Shown: positions 63,283 to 64,000 of the stretch, piece by piece
How positions within the stretch are numbered: position 1 is the stretch's first letter
How the letters are laid out: each line of letters starts with the position of its first letter
Source: Hypanus sabinus
Taxonomy: Eukaryota
Assembly (NCBI RefSeq): GCF_030144855.1
Contig: NC_082728.1
Span: forward strand, 21,824,001-21,888,000
Direction of reading: 5' to 3'
Length of the DNA stretch: 64,000 nucleotides
The notes under the pieces: model-generated
Seen by the model: only the letters and a program-made list of their open reading frames with translations
The model's database searches: none
What the model was told of the DNA's origin: nothing
Program-made: the position numbers and the translations under genes

Positions 63283-64000
63283 ATTTACATATATAATCAT
63301 CCGATGACTTACCTGTCAGCTAATTTCCCCCAGAGATGCGTATTAATGATAAGCAAAGTATCCCCAATTACTTCCGGTATACTTCATTAAGCAAATTATT
63401 TCAAGCAACTAGAATATGCAAATACAGTTAAATGAAATCGAATCACGCAAGCGGTTAAATGCAGTCTTGAATAAAAACTATTATCATGCTAGGCCTCAAC
63501 TACTTCAGAATAACAGAAAGTAATATATTAGCACCAACTTCAGTTACTGTCATGCTGTATCGCCATTAAGCCTTGATCTGAATCAATCTCGTCATTTTCA
63601 TACAATTGACTTAAAATTTAAACCAAATTATATACTTCACTAAAATCACATTTGGTGTTCGGGGAAAATAAATTATCACTTTATCTTATGCATTGTGGAA
63701 CTAAAAGGACCAGATCACCCTCGACCAAAGATTCTGCAAAGAGAGAATCAACACAATGAACTGTCAACATAATCTGGAAATAGTGGAAAGAATCCGCTCT
63801 CCGTGGAAGTTAATGACCCCCCCCCCCCCACACCAGATTCTATGTTGAAACAGATTGAACAGATATGTGAAATAGATATAGAACAGATGATTTGCTGAGG
63901 AAAGATAACTACGAAATACCCTATTGTGAACAGTCACCAGACTTTGCTCAGGACACTAGATAACAACATCTATTCTGCAGAACAAAGACATACATCCATT

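Larger units (their letters stand above)
59100..64000. promoter_or_regulatory. TE-free, CpG-retaining region (candidate non-methylated island / promoter-proximal domain)
   Basis: Visibly higher CpG frequency (e.g. 7 CpGs in 60301-60360) despite AT-richness; no recognisable repeats. Confidence 0.5.

Noticed and set aside
1-64000. CRISPR array or prokaryotic operon
   Set aside because: No regularly spaced repeat-spacer array; the sequence is eukaryotic and the recurring ~35-bp motifs are dispersed Penelope ends.

Overview
AT-rich vertebrate genomic DNA that is non-coding and dense in repeats. The repeat repertoire (CR1, Rex1/Babar and RTE LINEs, Penelope-like elements, HE1/V-SINE-type SINEs, an LF-SINE-like relic) points to a cartilaginous fish, probably a ray (inference). 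I found no host protein-coding exon, tRNA or rRNA; every ORF I can recognise is transposon-derived. Best-supported elements: a near-full-length CR1 LINE (42450-45638); a decayed sushi-like Gypsy chromovirus with both LTRs and a 5-bp TSD (32230-36045); a full-length IR/DR Tc1 transposon (40135-41728); a solo LTR; hAT and Tc1 MITEs; and several SINE families. The most interesting structure is a dispersed family of Penelope-derived units. Many are fold-back palindromes flanked by TSDs, they carry a minimal type-I hammerhead ribozyme motif, and three sit at the same CTATTAA target. Between the repeats are TE-free, TAAT/TGATT-rich blocks that look like conserved non-coding enhancers. The last ~6 kb is TE-free and CpG-retaining, suggesting the regulatory landscape of a developmental gene outside the window. 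I cannot demonstrate a new biological system from sequence alone. Family assignments rest on motif recognition from memory, not on database searches.
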